Positions 29,985 through 40,618 of a DNA stretch of 64,000 bases are shown piece by piece. Where the stretch lies: contig JACKAE010000005.1 in NCBI GenBank assembly GCA_020635205.1, positions 258,361 through 322,360 on the forward strand, in the 5' to 3' direction. A program made the translations under genes and the position numbers. The notes beneath the pieces are model-generated. The model saw only the letters and a program-made list of their open reading frames with translations. It did no database searches and was not told where the DNA came from. Position 1 is the stretch's first letter. Each line of letters opens with the position of its first letter. Source of the stretch: Ignavibacteria bacterium (lineage in GTDB: Bacteria; Bacteroidota; Ignavibacteria; OLB7).

Positions 29985-30743
29985 ATGAATCGACTTCTTA
30001 CACAGATTGGTGTGTTGTTGGCTACCAACGCTTTTGTTCTTTTTCAGGGATGCGATAGTGGTACAGACTGGGAGCCTCGCAGCACATTCCTTGTTACTGA
30101 ACCCAATGTCGGTAGCACCTACACCTACAATGACTACGAAACAGAAGAAGGCATGAAAATCGATTCAACTGAACAGACGGTGACAGTTGAAGTAGTTGAG
30201 AGAGGGATTCCCTTCAAGAGTAAATTGGATGTACTGCGTACTCAGGAGACCGGGACGCTCGATCTGACCGGTACAACTACCGATACAACTTATGGGTATA
30301 TCACGGTTGAGAATGATAACAACGTTTCACTCTGGCTTGACTTTGAAGGTAAATCTGACCTTCCGGGAGTAGACCAGGATTGGATGACATTGCCGTTCGC
30401 AACCAGAGTGGATCAGAACCTGACCCTGGTCAATACGATCGAAGATGATGGTAGTGGCGGAAAGGACACCCTCCAGTTGTTTGCAACAGCATCGTGGGTG
30501 CGAGAAGAGACCGTACAGTTTCAGGGGAATGATCTAAAGATTTCAGTCTGCAAGCTAAAGCTGAACGGAACCTTCCCTTTCCCTTTTGGTGGACAGATTG
30601 ATCTGGATGGAGAAACAGATTTCTACTTTGCTCCGGAGATCGGATATGTCTATAAAATCGAGGAGAACATAACGGCCCGCACAGATATTGCTGAGCAAAC
30701 TACCGGATCAGTCCGTCTGCTGACATCGTATACACTGAAATAA
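29985..30743 (+). CDS. hypothetical lipoprotein
   Basis: The MNRLLTQIGVLLATNAFVLFQGC lipobox start is preferred over the 29613 ORF start. Thr/Asp-rich beta-rich protein. Confidence 0.5.
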   Translation: MNRLLTQIGVLLATNAFVLFQGCDSGTDWEPRSTFLVTEPNVGSTYTYNDYETEEGMKIDSTEQTVTVEVVERGIPFKSKLDVLRTQETGTLDLTGTTTDTTYGYITVENDNNVSLWLDFEGKSDLPGVDQDWMTLPFATRVDQNLTLVNTIEDDGSGGKDTLQLFATASWVREETVQFQGNDLKISVCKLKLNGTFPFPFGGQIDLDGETDFYFAPEIGYVYKIEENITARTDIAEQTTGSVRLLTSYTLK

Positions 30744-31067
30744 CCAACTATCAATTTAGTTCGTGAACGTTCGGATGGAATTCAAGAATTGCTTTGATAT
30801 CCGTTAGTGGCATTCATACCCAGACAGTGATTGATGAGGTGCAGCCAGAATCAAACACATCACATTCATTGTACGCACCTTCTGGTTTGTACCTGAATTG
30901 AGGTATCTCTACAGAGTTGACTACAGGGTAAAATTCGGAGCCGCGACAAGTGCCGGGTAACTCAAACACACTCGCATTACATGCAGAAGCATAGGAAGGA
31001 AGAACAAGGGGTATACTGTGGTGTGCCCCTTGTTCTTTCCCCACCCCGTTTTCGTATCTTCCCGCCG

Positions 31068-31796
31068 ATGAACGCAAATCCACTTGTTGTCTCGCTTGAA
31101 CGGTTCGAGGGGCCGTTGGACCTGCTTCTCTTCTTCATCAAGAGAGACGAGATCGATATTTACGATATTCCGATTGCACGAATCACCGAGGAATTCCTCG
31201 AGTATACCCGCGCAATCCAAATGCTCAGCTTGGAGAAGGCTGGAGAGTTTATCGTTATGGCCGCTGAGTTAATGCGGATCAAGGCGAAGATGCTCCTGCC
31301 GAAGGATGAACGTCCGCAAGAGGAGGGGGAGGAGGAAGATCCGCGGACTGAACTTGTTCGCCGACTTCTCGAGTACAAACAGTATAAAGAAGTCGCCGAA
31401 TCGTTAAAGGAGCGAGAGGAAGAGTATCGCAATCTACGCTATCGGCAATTCTTCAAGGGGGATGAAAAAATCCTTGAAGAGCCGACAGTAGAGGAAATCC
31501 TCTCGAACGTTACGCTTTTCCGTCTGCTCGAAGCATATAAGAAAGCCTTCGACCGTGCTCCTAAGCGTGAGAATATGGTAATCGAACAGATTACGTGGAC
31601 AGTGGAGGAGCAGGCCGAATTTGTTCTGGGAGAACTGGGAAAGCGCTTTCAAGTCGGCATGATGGAACTCTTCGAGGGGAAAGGACGAATGTGGATTACC
31701 GTTACCTTCCTCGCACTTCTGGAGCTGATTAAGAACAGGCGGGTTGCGTTCCATCATGGTGAAGAAGATGATGATGTCGTCTTCTTCGAAGTATAA
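31068..31796 (+). CDS. scpA: segregation and condensation protein A (kleisin) ScpA
   Basis: The start MNANPLVVSLERFEGPLDLLLFFIKRDEIDIYDIPIA is the canonical ScpA N-terminus. Confidence 0.85.
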   Translation: MNANPLVVSLERFEGPLDLLLFFIKRDEIDIYDIPIARITEEFLEYTRAIQMLSLEKAGEFIVMAAELMRIKAKMLLPKDERPQEEGEEEDPRTELVRRLLEYKQYKEVAESLKEREEEYRNLRYRQFFKGDEKILEEPTVEEILSNVTLFRLLEAYKKAFDRAPKRENMVIEQITWTVEEQAEFVLGELGKRFQVGMMELFEGKGRMWITVTFLALLELIKNRRVAFHHGEEDDDVVFFEV

Positions 31797-31837
31797 TTTC
31801 TTGTCAACTCAATTTTGTAAGGCGAACGCTCTCGGAT

Positions 31838-32926
31838 ATGGCACGAGTATTAGTACCGACAGAACTACCACGATTGAAGCCGATTATTGAGGCGATGATC
31901 TTCGCGAGCGAAGATCCGGTAGCACCTCGCACACTGTTGCGACTGCTCTACGAGGATGAAAGCAAGGGAAAGAAAGGGGGAGAACTGCCGACCGAGCGGA
32001 CACTCTTTGATCTCGAGAGTGGTGAAGGTGTGGAAAGTTTGGGGGAGGGAGGAGAAGAAGAGGCCGAAGCTGAATCAGCGGACGTGAGGGGAGAGGAGAG
32101 TGAAGAAGAGCCAGAGAAGTCTGCTGAACAAATCGGACAGAAAGAACTCCGAACAATGATTGCTGAACTCAATGACGAATATGAGGCGGAGGGAAGACCG
32201 TTTCGAATCATGGAGCTTGCCGGTGGTTTCCAGTTTGCTACAACCAAGGAGTATGGGGAATTTGTTGGCCTTCTCTCAAAAGAACGTTCGCGCCGAAGGC
32301 TTTCCCCGGCAGCACTTGAAACTCTCGCCATCGTTGCCTACCGTCAGCCGGTGACAAAACCAGAGGTGGAGGCTATTCGTGGTGTGAACTGCGATCAAGT
32401 TCTCCTCTCCCTTTTGGAACGGAATTTGATTACGATTACTGGACGGAGTGAGGCAGTTGGCAAGCCTCTCCTCTATGGAACTACAGAAGATTTTCTCCGA
32501 GCATTTGGTCTGAACAGTTTGAGCGACCTTCCAAAGCTCCGTGAACTTGAAGAACTAATGGAAGATGATGCCTACTCTGCCACACGACCTGAAGGGGTGT
32601 CGGAGGAGGTAACACAGGAACTTCTTGAACTTGACGGAGGGGAAGATCATCCTGCAGCAGAGGCTCTCGTATCTGTTGAGGGTGAGCCGGTTGCTACAGC
32701 AGAAGAGGGGGAGCAAACGGAGATATCGCCACCCAATAAGGTGGAAGAAATCGTTGAGGAGACTGAAGTTGTCGGCGATGTTGAAGAGAAAGAAGTGGAG
32801 GGGCTTCTCCCCGACGAAATGATTTTGCAAGAGGATGTGGAAATTCAGGAAATGTCTATAGTAGAGGTAATAGAGCAGGAGTCGGACAATCTGAACCATG
32901 GTAATGTGGAGGGGGAACAGATATAG
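31838..32926 (+). CDS. scpB: segregation and condensation protein B ScpB with long poly-acidic insert and C-terminal extension
   Basis: IIEAMIFASEDPVAPRTL at the N-terminus and AALETLAIVAYRQPVTKPEVEAIRGV in the second winged helix are ScpB signatures. There is an about 80-aa E-rich insert and an about 120-aa acidic tail. Confidence 0.8.
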   Translation: MARVLVPTELPRLKPIIEAMIFASEDPVAPRTLLRLLYEDESKGKKGGELPTERTLFDLESGEGVESLGEGGEEEAEAESADVRGEESEEEPEKSAEQIGQKELRTMIAELNDEYEAEGRPFRIMELAGGFQFATTKEYGEFVGLLSKERSRRRLSPAALETLAIVAYRQPVTKPEVEAIRGVNCDQVLLSLLERNLITITGRSEAVGKPLLYGTTEDFLRAFGLNSLSDLPKLRELEELMEDDAYSATRPEGVSEEVTQELLELDGGEDHPAAEALVSVEGEPVATAEEGEQTEISPPNKVEEIVEETEVVGDVEEKEVEGLLPDEMILQEDVEIQEMSIVEVIEQESDNLNHGNVEGEQI

Positions 32927-32985
32927 TGGATCATCTGTTGTACGAAGTCACAGAAGTAGAAAGATCAATGAGACTAAGCAGAAAT

Positions 32986-33615
32986 ATGAAGAGATCGAGA
33001 AGGGGAATTTCTTCTCTGTTCCTACTAATGGTACTCTCTCTCTCCGTCGCGCTCACAGCCTGTGGTGGGGGAGAAGTTGACGAAGTCGATAAGGGAACGT
33101 TGACAACCGCTGGGTATGAGGAAGAGACAGCCGCAGAGCTAAGCCGACTTAACCTGAGCGAGGAAGAACTTGCTCAACTGGAGATTGCAAAGCGTGGTGG
33201 GCTTGACGGTACTGTTGCCGTGGAGATCGTGAAGATGATGCACGACGACGACTTGAAGTTCGACATCGGCATGGAAATGCAGACGTTGAGTGGGGCAGGG
33301 TTTTCAGGTACAGCACTTGTTGAGCTTGTAAAGATGGGAGCTGTGCGCCAGTGGGAGGCGGATCTGCGCGTAATGAAACATGCAGGAATCGGTGAGCCAA
33401 CGATTCTCCGCATTGCCGAGCGAAAGTTTGTCGATAAAAAGGAAGATGTCCTCGCCGGACGTGATTATCAGAGCTTGAAGGCTCTTGGGGTGTCAGACGC
33501 AGGGATCGAAGCCTTCGTAAAAGGGGGAGGAGATGTCCAAAAACTCCAAAAAGTGCAGCAGGCAATCCAATTCGGTAAGTCAGAGCAGGCAGCCTTGAAC
33601 GAGGCTGGTCTGTAA
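32986..33615 (+). CDS. hypothetical lipoprotein
   Basis: MKRSRRGISSLFLLMVLSLSVALTACGGG lipobox. Internal M start chosen over the 32926 ORF start. No domain recognised. Confidence 0.45.
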   Translation: MKRSRRGISSLFLLMVLSLSVALTACGGGEVDEVDKGTLTTAGYEEETAAELSRLNLSEEELAQLEIAKRGGLDGTVAVEIVKMMHDDDLKFDIGMEMQTLSGAGFSGTALVELVKMGAVRQWEADLRVMKHAGIGEPTILRIAERKFVDKKEDVLAGRDYQSLKALGVSDAGIEAFVKGGGDVQKLQKVQQAIQFGKSEQAALNEAGL

Positions 33616-33670
33616 CGCAGCCTCCGTATCTCTTCTTCCTACAGAACTAACCTTTAGTGAAAGGGGGACG

Positions 33671-33910
33671 TTACGGCATATAGCGAAACGGATAGGCTTC
33701 CGAGTGGTTGCCAATAGTAATGCGTAGGATATAAACGCCAGCTTCAAGCCCATCTTCCACAATCGATGGATCAAATTCTACCGAATGTGCTCCAGGTTGG
33801 CATTCCTGACGATAAATCTCTGCAATGATGTATTGTTGAGAGAGATCAAACAGCTCAATCAGACAGAGCTGGGGTTTCTCTTCAACGGAAAAAGGAATTG
33901 TATAGGTCAT
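33671..33910 (-). CDS. orphan T9SS C-terminal sorting domain (79-aa stand-alone CTD / gene remnant)
   Basis: ...LCLIELFDLSQQYIIAEIY...GAHSVEFDPSIVEDGLEAGVYILRITIGNHSEAY matches the Por/T9SS CTD pattern (LxIYDxxGrxV...GxHxxxFDas.LxsGvYfxRL). There is no room for a passenger domain, since the divergent OmpA gene starts about 100 bp upstream. Confidence 0.4.
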   Translation of the reverse strand: MTYTIPFSVEEKPQLCLIELFDLSQQYIIAEIYRQECQPGAHSVEFDPSIVEDGLEAGVYILRITIGNHSEAYPFRYMP

Positions 33911-34006
33911 AGTTTTGGTGTTTTAAATCAGTATTACCTTGTGCAAAGATAGGGATACGGGAACTGCCAAGTTTATCGAGACGTTCCCCTTGTCCTGAAT
34001 AATTCA

Positions 34007-36334
34007 TTGATAATTATAATGTGTGATGTGAAACCATCTGTGCTGTCTCTTCACAGTGCAGTTCTGCTCCCCTGCTTGCTTCTTCTGGTAGTTGTCGGGA
34101 AAGGCTATGCGCAACAAGATTCTACTGGAAGTGAGCCGGAACCACTCGGCTACATTGGTCTCTTCGGAGGAATTACTCTGAACTCCCATCTTGCCAGCAT
34201 GGATCCTCTCAGCCTGACAGGTGGTCCTCCCGGAACAACAGAACATATCTTTACGAAAGGATCAGGAACTGGGTGGACTGGAGGACTTCTGGTTGAGTTC
34301 CCTCTCAGTACTATCTTTGGTGTTGGTGGGCGTTTGGCAATGCAGCAGCGTGGGGGGGAGATGACTGGGGAGTATGAAAATCGTGTCGATGTCCTAACGC
34401 GAGGTGGGGTCGTTCGTCCAGCAACTGTTGAGGGAACTATCACAAGTTCGCTCAACTATCTTTCCCTGACACCTCACTTCCGGGTAATGCCCGAATCACT
34501 CCCTCTCTACCTCTTTGCAGGCCCTTCCATTATGGTTCCGCTGACAACAACCTACGACTATACCGAAGAGATTACCTCTGAAGAGGGATTAGTTTTTCCG
34601 AATGTCAACGGTCCCAAGCGAACCCGTGTGACGCAGGGAGCTATACCAAAGCCAGATACGAAACTCGGGGCTACTGTCGGTATCGGTGTCGAGATTGCAG
34701 TCAGCGATCGATTGGCTCTTCTGCTGGATGCCCAGTATGCCCCGATGATCGGAGATATTACCGCAGCATACGGAAGTGATCGGGATTGGAAAGCCGACAT
34801 TATTTCCTTTACTCTCGGGTTGAAAACAGGTTTCGGTCAACGGAAGGTGGCACTTCCACCACCGCCACCACCGCCAGATACAACAGTTGTGGAAGAGGAT
34901 AGCGTTACCTCAGTACAAGCCAAAGGGGTAACCGATGCCGGGCTTGTAGACACATTGGTGGCTGGCTCACAGCAGGTGCAGCAGACTGAAGTGCACGCTC
35001 TGCTCCCCTACATTTTCTTCGACCAAGACTCCGCTACTATTCCAGATCGCTACGTCCGAATTGATCGGCGAGATGTGCGGACGTGGCAAGAGGAGAGAAT
35101 CGAGCGGGGTTCCAGCATGAACGTCTACTACCAGATTCTCAACATTATCGGCTATCGAATGCGGAATGCTCGCAATGCCGACGTTACGATCACCGGATGC
35201 GTAGGACAGTTCGAGTCACCCGACAGCACCCTTGCGCTACGCCGTGCCGAGGCCGCACGCGATTATTTGCGCGATGTCTGGAGAATTCGTGAAGATCGTA
35301 TGAAAGTGGTTGCCCGCGGGTTGCCAGCAAACCCATCTCTCAGTGAAGTTGATACGCTTGAGGGGGACACGGAGAATCGTCGTGTTGAGTTCCACTCCTC
35401 GATGCTCTCGCTGATCGGCCCTGTCCGTCTTCCCGACACCCTTCTCCTCGCTCCAGCCGGAGTTATCCGTCTTCTCCCCCCCGCTGCCGATGTTCCTGAC
35501 TCAATTGCACAGCTTGAGTCGTGGCAGGTGAACGTTACTGTTGGCGATTCAGTGATTCAGCGGGCTGCCGCCGGATTTGGTCCTCCACCTGAGAAGATCG
35601 ACTTAGAATTGAAGTCTCGTCCTGACCTAAACCGTCGCGGCCCAATCGAGATTACCTCGGAGTTAATTATTCTCGATTCGCTCTACGTCCGCCGTCGGTC
35701 GTTGCCGAGTACTTCGGTCTGGTTTGTCGAAGAAGGAGGTTTTGAAGTAGATAGGAATATCGAGGGGGGCATGTATGTGGATCGATATAACCTGCTTCTC
35801 TACAGCTTCGACTCAGCAGGAATCTTTGATTTCTCGCAGCAGGCAGCAATTATTATGGATGAGCGAATCAACCCGGAATCTGATGTGACAATTACCGGCT
35901 ACACCGACCGCATTGGACTTCCCTACTACAACAAGCGGCTCGCTAAAGGACGTGCCGAACGAGCTGCCCAGATTATGGGATTGGAAAACGCAAAGATTGT
36001 CGGTGTGGGTGAGCGGGATACGATCTACAATAATGATTTTCCTGAAGGACGATATTACTCTCGGACGGTAGTTGTGGAGATAAAAACACCGATCGTGAAG
36101 GAGGTCGAGAAGGTGGAGAAGAAATCGGATTCCACAGAGGTTGCTCCTAAAAAGGCCGAGGGGGGTGATGAAGAGACTGTGCCGTTTTCAGGAAGTGTAG
36201 AGGAAGAGGGAGCATCAAGCAAACCGGCAAATACGGAAACTCCTGAAAAAGCCACCTCTACCACGCCCAACTCGCGCAGACGAGAATCTGAAGAGGTTCC
36301 TACCAGTGTTACCTTGCCAGCAGAAGATGATTAA
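34007..36334 (+). CDS. OmpA-family outer membrane protein with tandem OmpA-like domains
   Basis: 775 aa with signal peptide, beta-rich N-terminal region and a Pro-rich linker (PPPPPPPDTT). Two OmpA_C-like peptidoglycan-binding segments (ITGCVGQFESPDSTLALRRAEAARDYL; ITGYTDRIGLPYYNKRLAKGRAERAAQIM). Acidic C-terminal tail. Confidence 0.7.
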   Translation: MIIIMCDVKPSVLSLHSAVLLPCLLLLVVVGKGYAQQDSTGSEPEPLGYIGLFGGITLNSHLASMDPLSLTGGPPGTTEHIFTKGSGTGWTGGLLVEFPLSTIFGVGGRLAMQQRGGEMTGEYENRVDVLTRGGVVRPATVEGTITSSLNYLSLTPHFRVMPESLPLYLFAGPSIMVPLTTTYDYTEEITSEEGLVFPNVNGPKRTRVTQGAIPKPDTKLGATVGIGVEIAVSDRLALLLDAQYAPMIGDITAAYGSDRDWKADIISFTLGLKTGFGQRKVALPPPPPPPDTTVVEEDSVTSVQAKGVTDAGLVDTLVAGSQQVQQTEVHALLPYIFFDQDSATIPDRYVRIDRRDVRTWQEERIERGSSMNVYYQILNIIGYRMRNARNADVTITGCVGQFESPDSTLALRRAEAARDYLRDVWRIREDRMKVVARGLPANPSLSEVDTLEGDTENRRVEFHSSMLSLIGPVRLPDTLLLAPAGVIRLLPPAADVPDSIAQLESWQVNVTVGDSVIQRAAAGFGPPPEKIDLELKSRPDLNRRGPIEITSELIILDSLYVRRRSLPSTSVWFVEEGGFEVDRNIEGGMYVDRYNLLLYSFDSAGIFDFSQQAAIIMDERINPESDVTITGYTDRIGLPYYNKRLAKGRAERAAQIMGLENAKIVGVGERDTIYNNDFPEGRYYSRTVVVEIKTPIVKEVEKVEKKSDSTEVAPKKAEGGDEETVPFSGSVEEEGASSKPANTETPEKATSTTPNSRRRESEEVPTSVTLPAEDD

Positions 36335-36427
36335 GGGGGAGATGTAACGTTCAAAGTGAAAATTCGAGAGTAAATAGCCCTCTCTCCGATCCTTTTTTTA
36401 AATTTTGTCCGCCGTGGCGGATTCATT

Positions 36428-37897
36428 TTGAATTCTCTCCCCCTGTTCTCTCCACGTTCCGTAAATTTCTCACCTTATATGGTTAGAAAATCAGAAACGA
36501 TCGATCCATTTGTAGAATCGGTTCGTCGCTTTATGCGCTTACATGAAATGTCTCACGGAGGTGAGTCAATTCTGGTTGCGGTGAGCGGGGGAATCGACTC
36601 TGTGGTGATGCTTGATGTTATCGCCCGCCTCTCTGTGCCCCTGCGGTTTTCATTCGGAGTTGCTCACTTCGATCATGGATTGCGTGAGTCTTCCACTGTT
36701 GATGCAGACTTTGTCCGCGAACTTGCTACACGCTATCGCGTGAAGGCGTTTGTGGCTTCCGGAGACGTTCGGCGCATTGCCGATGAAGAAGGGCGCTCTG
36801 TTGAGGAGACTGCTCGCCGTGAACGCTATGCCTTCTTAGAACGGATTGCTCGTCGCCATCGCTACGATACCGTGATGACAGGGCATACCGCCGACGATAA
36901 TGCAGAGACTCTCATGATGAATCTCTTGCGTGGAAGTGGCGTAACCGGCCTCGCTGGTATTCCACCAACCCGTCGACTTGCTGGAGGGGGAACGGTGATT
37001 GTTGCTCGTCCACTATTGGGGCAGAGTAGGCATCAGATTGAGGAGTATGCAAGTGCAAGCGAGTTGAAGTGGCGTGAAGATGAATCAAATCAGTCGGGAG
37101 AATTTACCCGAAACCGGGTTCGGCACGAGTTAATGGCGCTTCTCCGGACGTTCAACCCGAATGTTGTGGAGACGCTGAATACGACAGCCGGACTGATGCG
37201 TGATTTCGACCGCTATCTTTCAAGTGCGGTAGAGGCTGCCTTGCGGGGAACAACGGTTGAGGAACCTGTTCACGGAGAACGGATATTGCTCGACGTTCGG
37301 CAACTGCGCCACTTGCAGCCAGCGCTTCGGGGTGAGGTTGTGCAGCGGGCAATGTGTGAAACATTCGATATTCCACCAATCTCTCACGTAGCTGTGGAGC
37401 GTGGGCTTAACCTAATCTGGAAGGAGACCGGAGCGCGAGCCAGTCTCGGCGGACGGTTCGAAGCACTGCGTGACCGCGATACGATTGTGCTGCTGAAAAA
37501 TCCTCCGGTGGTTCGGGATGTTGATCGGCTGTTTGATATAGGTGATTCGGTAGAGATTGCCGGTCTAACACTGAAGACATCATTCTTCGATAATGGCAAA
37601 CCGAAGTTTGTCTCGAACGGCAAGGTGGAATATGTCGATGCGGATCGATTGCCCGAGAAATTGACGATCCGCTCGTGGCGTGAGGGAGACCGATTCCATC
37701 CGCTCGGCATGAAAGGGGAAAAGAAGTTGAGTGATTTTCTGATCGACCAGAAAATCCCACTCGACAGGAAGCGGCAAGTGATGGTAATCACCGATGGAGA
37801 TAAAATTATCTGGGTCTGTGGTATGCGAATCGACGAACGGTTCAAGGTAAACCCGAAGACACAACGAATTCTGAAGATGGAATTGCAGACAATATGA
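36428..37897 (+). CDS. tilS: tRNA(Ile)-lysidine synthetase TilS
   Basis: PP-loop SGGxDS (ILVAVSGGIDSVVMLD). Conserved position upstream of hpt-ftsH. Exact start uncertain; alternatives are at 36479 or 36542. Confidence 0.8.
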   Translation: MNSLPLFSPRSVNFSPYMVRKSETIDPFVESVRRFMRLHEMSHGGESILVAVSGGIDSVVMLDVIARLSVPLRFSFGVAHFDHGLRESSTVDADFVRELATRYRVKAFVASGDVRRIADEEGRSVEETARRERYAFLERIARRHRYDTVMTGHTADDNAETLMMNLLRGSGVTGLAGIPPTRRLAGGGTVIVARPLLGQSRHQIEEYASASELKWREDESNQSGEFTRNRVRHELMALLRTFNPNVVETLNTTAGLMRDFDRYLSSAVEAALRGTTVEEPVHGERILLDVRQLRHLQPALRGEVVQRAMCETFDIPPISHVAVERGLNLIWKETGARASLGGRFEALRDRDTIVLLKNPPVVRDVDRLFDIGDSVEIAGLTLKTSFFDNGKPKFVSNGKVEYVDADRLPEKLTIRSWREGDRFHPLGMKGEKKLSDFLIDQKIPLDRKRQVMVITDGDKIIWVCGMRIDERFKVNPKTQRILKMELQTI

Positions 37898-38463
37898 GTC
37901 GATTCTATTCTCCAGAGGATATCCTCCTGAAAGGGAAACGATTTGTCCTCTCCTTTTCGTTGTCGGAAATAGAGAACGCCGTTGATCGTATTGCGTCTCG
38001 ATTAGATCGGGACTTTGAACCAGAAGAAGGAGAGGCTTCGCCACTCTTGGTTTGCGTTTTGAAAGGAGCCACTCCCTTCTTTTCTGATCTGATTCGCCGC
38101 CTTTGCCAACCGGTACAGCTCGACTTTGTTCGGGCTTCAAGTTATGGCGGGGAGATGGTCTCATCCGGCTCACTTACTTTTACGGCAGAGCCGGGCACTG
38201 AAATCCGGGGGCGGAACGTCATCGTCGTCGAAGATATTATCGATACCGGCAGAACTGCCTCGGCTCTTCGCCGGTATTTTCATCAAAAAGGGGCTGCATC
38301 GGTAACCGTTGCTGCCCTTCTCTACAAACCAGAAGCGGGAGACTTGAGTGAGAAGCCAGATTATGTCGGCTTCGAAATTCCAGACCGCTTTGTTGTTGGC
38401 TACGGACTTGACTATGCTGAGGAGGGGAGGAATTTGGCGGGAATCTATGTCTTGGATGAATAG
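37894..38463 (+). CDS. hpt: hypoxanthine phosphoribosyltransferase
   Basis: 189 aa with PRPP-binding motif VIVVEDIIDTGRTA. Overlaps the tilS stop. Confidence 0.9.
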   Translation: MSRFYSPEDILLKGKRFVLSFSLSEIENAVDRIASRLDRDFEPEEGEASPLLVCVLKGATPFFSDLIRRLCQPVQLDFVRASSYGGEMVSSGSLTFTAEPGTEIRGRNVIVVEDIIDTGRTASALRRYFHQKGAASVTVAALLYKPEAGDLSEKPDYVGFEIPDRFVVGYGLDYAEEGRNLAGIYVLDE

Positions 38464-38520
38464 CTGAGTTTGTAGAGTAGAGTTAAGGGGTGGTAGAGTT
38501 CATAGAGTGGGAACTGTTTC
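38461..38520 (+). repeat. heptamer-based dispersed repeat copy after hpt
   Basis: GAGTTTGTAGAGTAGAGTTAAGGGGTGGTAGAGTTCATAGAGTGGGAACTG. Confidence 0.7.
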
Positions 38521-38611
38521 ATGCAGTGCGAAGGGGAGAGGGAGATTATCAATCTCCTTAAATCCACGATCAAAAGTAAAGTGATACTAACATACATTAC
38601 GATCAAGTTTC

Positions 38612-40618
38612 ATGAGTAACGAAATCAATCCGGGGGGGCCTGATCGTCGTCCCGGGAAGCGATCCGGTGATGAGGAACCGGGTGTTAGCCGTATGATGCG
38701 AACAGTGGTGGCCTGGCTGGTAATTATCGCAGGTTTTCTGCTGATCCTGATGCTCGTTGGCCAACGTTCTTCCCAGACTGTGCAGGTCAGCTACGACGAA
38801 TTCCAACGTCTGCTAAATGCCGAAGTCATCAAGGATGCAAAACTTATTAAGTCCCAAGATAACAGTTGGGAGTTCCAAGGGAAACTGACGGAAGCCATGG
38901 ATGTAAAGGTTGCCGGAAGAGGGGGGGAGACGCAGAAGACAGAATATATCTTCACTGAACTTGCTCCTGTTTCAGACGAGACGTTGGCGGCTTGGGATCC
39001 GAAGATTAAGGGAGAAGTGATAATTGACGAGGGGGACGGTTTTATGTGGGGCTTCCTTCTCACATTCTTTCCTTGGCTAATTCTGATTGCGGTGATGATC
39101 TTCTTCTTCCGCCGAATGCAGGGGGGGGCTACTCGGGGCATCTTTAGTTTCGGTAAATCCCGTGCAAAAACCTTGAGCGAAACCTCGCCCCGCATTACGT
39201 TCGCTGATGTGGCCGGAGCCGAAGAGGCGAAGGAAGAGTTGCAAGAGGTTGTAGAGTTCCTCCGCGATCCAGGACGCTTCCAGCGGTTGGGGGCAAAGAT
39301 TCCACGTGGTGTGCTGTTGCTCGGTAGGCCCGGTACAGGCAAAACCCTTCTGGCCAGAGCTGTAGCAGGAGAGGCTGGCGTCCAGTTTATGTCAATTTCG
39401 GGTGCAGACTTTGTGGAGATGTTCGTTGGTGTTGGGGCAAGTCGTGTGCGAGACCTCTTTGAGCAGGCAAAGAAAGTTGCCCCAGCAATTGTCTTTATCG
39501 ACGAGATTGATGCCGTCGGTCGGCAACGAGGAGCCGGACTTGGAGGGGGACACGACGAGCGGGAGCAGACGCTGAACGCGCTTCTTGTGGAGATGGATGG
39601 CTTCGAGCCGAACACGGGCGTTATTATTATCGCCGCAACCAACCGTCCGGACGTACTTGATCCAGCACTTCTCAGGCCGGGACGCTTCGACCGTCAGGTG
39701 ATTGTGGATCTTCCCGATCGCCGTGGTCGCGAGGGTATCTTGAAAGTTCACACACGCAAACTTCCGCTGGCCGAGAATGTTGATCTGGAATCCTTAGCGA
39801 AGGCAACGCCTGGCTTCAGCGGAGCAGACATTGCCAACCTCTGCAACGAGGCGGCTATCTTCGCTGCACGTCGCAACGGTGAGCGGGTGACGATGTACGA
39901 CTTCGAAATGGCGAAAGACAAACTGATGTTAGGGCTTGAACGCCGTACAATGGTAATGAGCGAAGAAGAAAAGAAGATGACTGCCTACCACGAGTGTGGG
40001 CACGTTATTGTCGGGAAGTTTGTCCCACACAGCGATCCTCTCCACAAGGTGACAATTATTCCGCGTGGTCGTGCTCTCGGGGTTACGCACTTCTTGCCAC
40101 AGGATGATAAGCACTCACGTTCCAGAGAGTGGTTCGAGGCAAAAATTGCGATGGCTCTCGGTGGACGTGCAGCGGAACTTCTTGTCTTTGGGAACTATAC
40201 AAGTGGCGCGCAGGGAGATATTAAGATGGTAACGCAGATGGCGCGCCAGATGGTTTGCGAACTCGGAATGTCCGAGAAGCTCGGTCCGGTAAACTACTCG
40301 TCGGGAGATGGGGAAGTATTTCTCGGACGTGATTTTGCCGTTCACAAAGATATTAGTGAGGCAACGGCTGAAATTATCGACAAAGAAGTGAGGCAGATTA
40401 TTGATGAGGGAATGGAACTTGCTCAGGAAGTTCTGAAACAACACGAAGAGTTGCTCCACACGATGTCGGCATTGCTGATAGAGCGAGAGACGCTCGACGC
40501 TGAAGAGATTGAGATGGTGATTAAGGGGGAGGAACTGCCGCCAATGGAAGTGAAGCAGATGTTGCACGCACGCCTTGCTTCCGGTGAGAGTGTTTCGGTT
40601 GAATCGAAGAGTTCATAG
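38612..40618 (+). CDS. ftsH: ATP-dependent zinc metalloprotease FtsH
   Basis: 668 aa with two TM helices, AAA Walker A ([18 protein letters not shown]), SRH and HEcGH zinc motif ([10 protein letters not shown]). Confidence 0.95.
   Translation: MSNEINPGGPDRRPGKRSGDEEPGVSRMMRTVVAWLVIIAGFLLILMLVGQRSSQTVQVSYDEFQRLLNAEVIKDAKLIKSQDNSWEFQGKLTEAMDVKVAGRGGETQKTEYIFTELAPVSDETLAAWDPKIKGEVIIDEGDGFMWGFLLTFFPWLILIAVMIFFFRRMQGGATRGIFSFGKSRAKTLSETSPRITFADVAGAEEAKEELQEVVEFLRDPGRFQRLGAKIPRGVLLLGRPGTGKTLLARAVAGEAGVQFMSISGADFVEMFVGVGASRVRDLFEQAKKVAPAIVFIDEIDAVGRQRGAGLGGGHDEREQTLNALLVEMDGFEPNTGVIIIAATNRPDVLDPALLRPGRFDRQVIVDLPDRRGREGILKVHTRKLPLAENVDLESLAKATPGFSGADIANLCNEAAIFAARRNGERVTMYDFEMAKDKLMLGLERRTMVMSEEEKKMTAYHECGHVIVGKFVPHSDPLHKVTIIPRGRALGVTHFLPQDDKHSRSREWFEAKIAMALGGRAAELLVFGNYTSGAQGDIKMVTQMARQMVCELGMSEKLGPVNYSSGDGEVFLGRDFAVHKDISEATAEIIDKEVRQIIDEGMELAQEVLKQHEELLHTMSALLIERETLDAEEIEMVIKGEELPPMEVKQMLHARLASGESVSVESKSS

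Noticed and set aside
31948-32331. Ser-rich 127-aa ORF antisense to scpB, and 32555..32899 antisense ORF
   Set aside because: They are the reverse complement of GAA/GAG-rich (poly-Glu) coding sequence, which always yields Ser/Leu/Phe-rich phantom ORFs.
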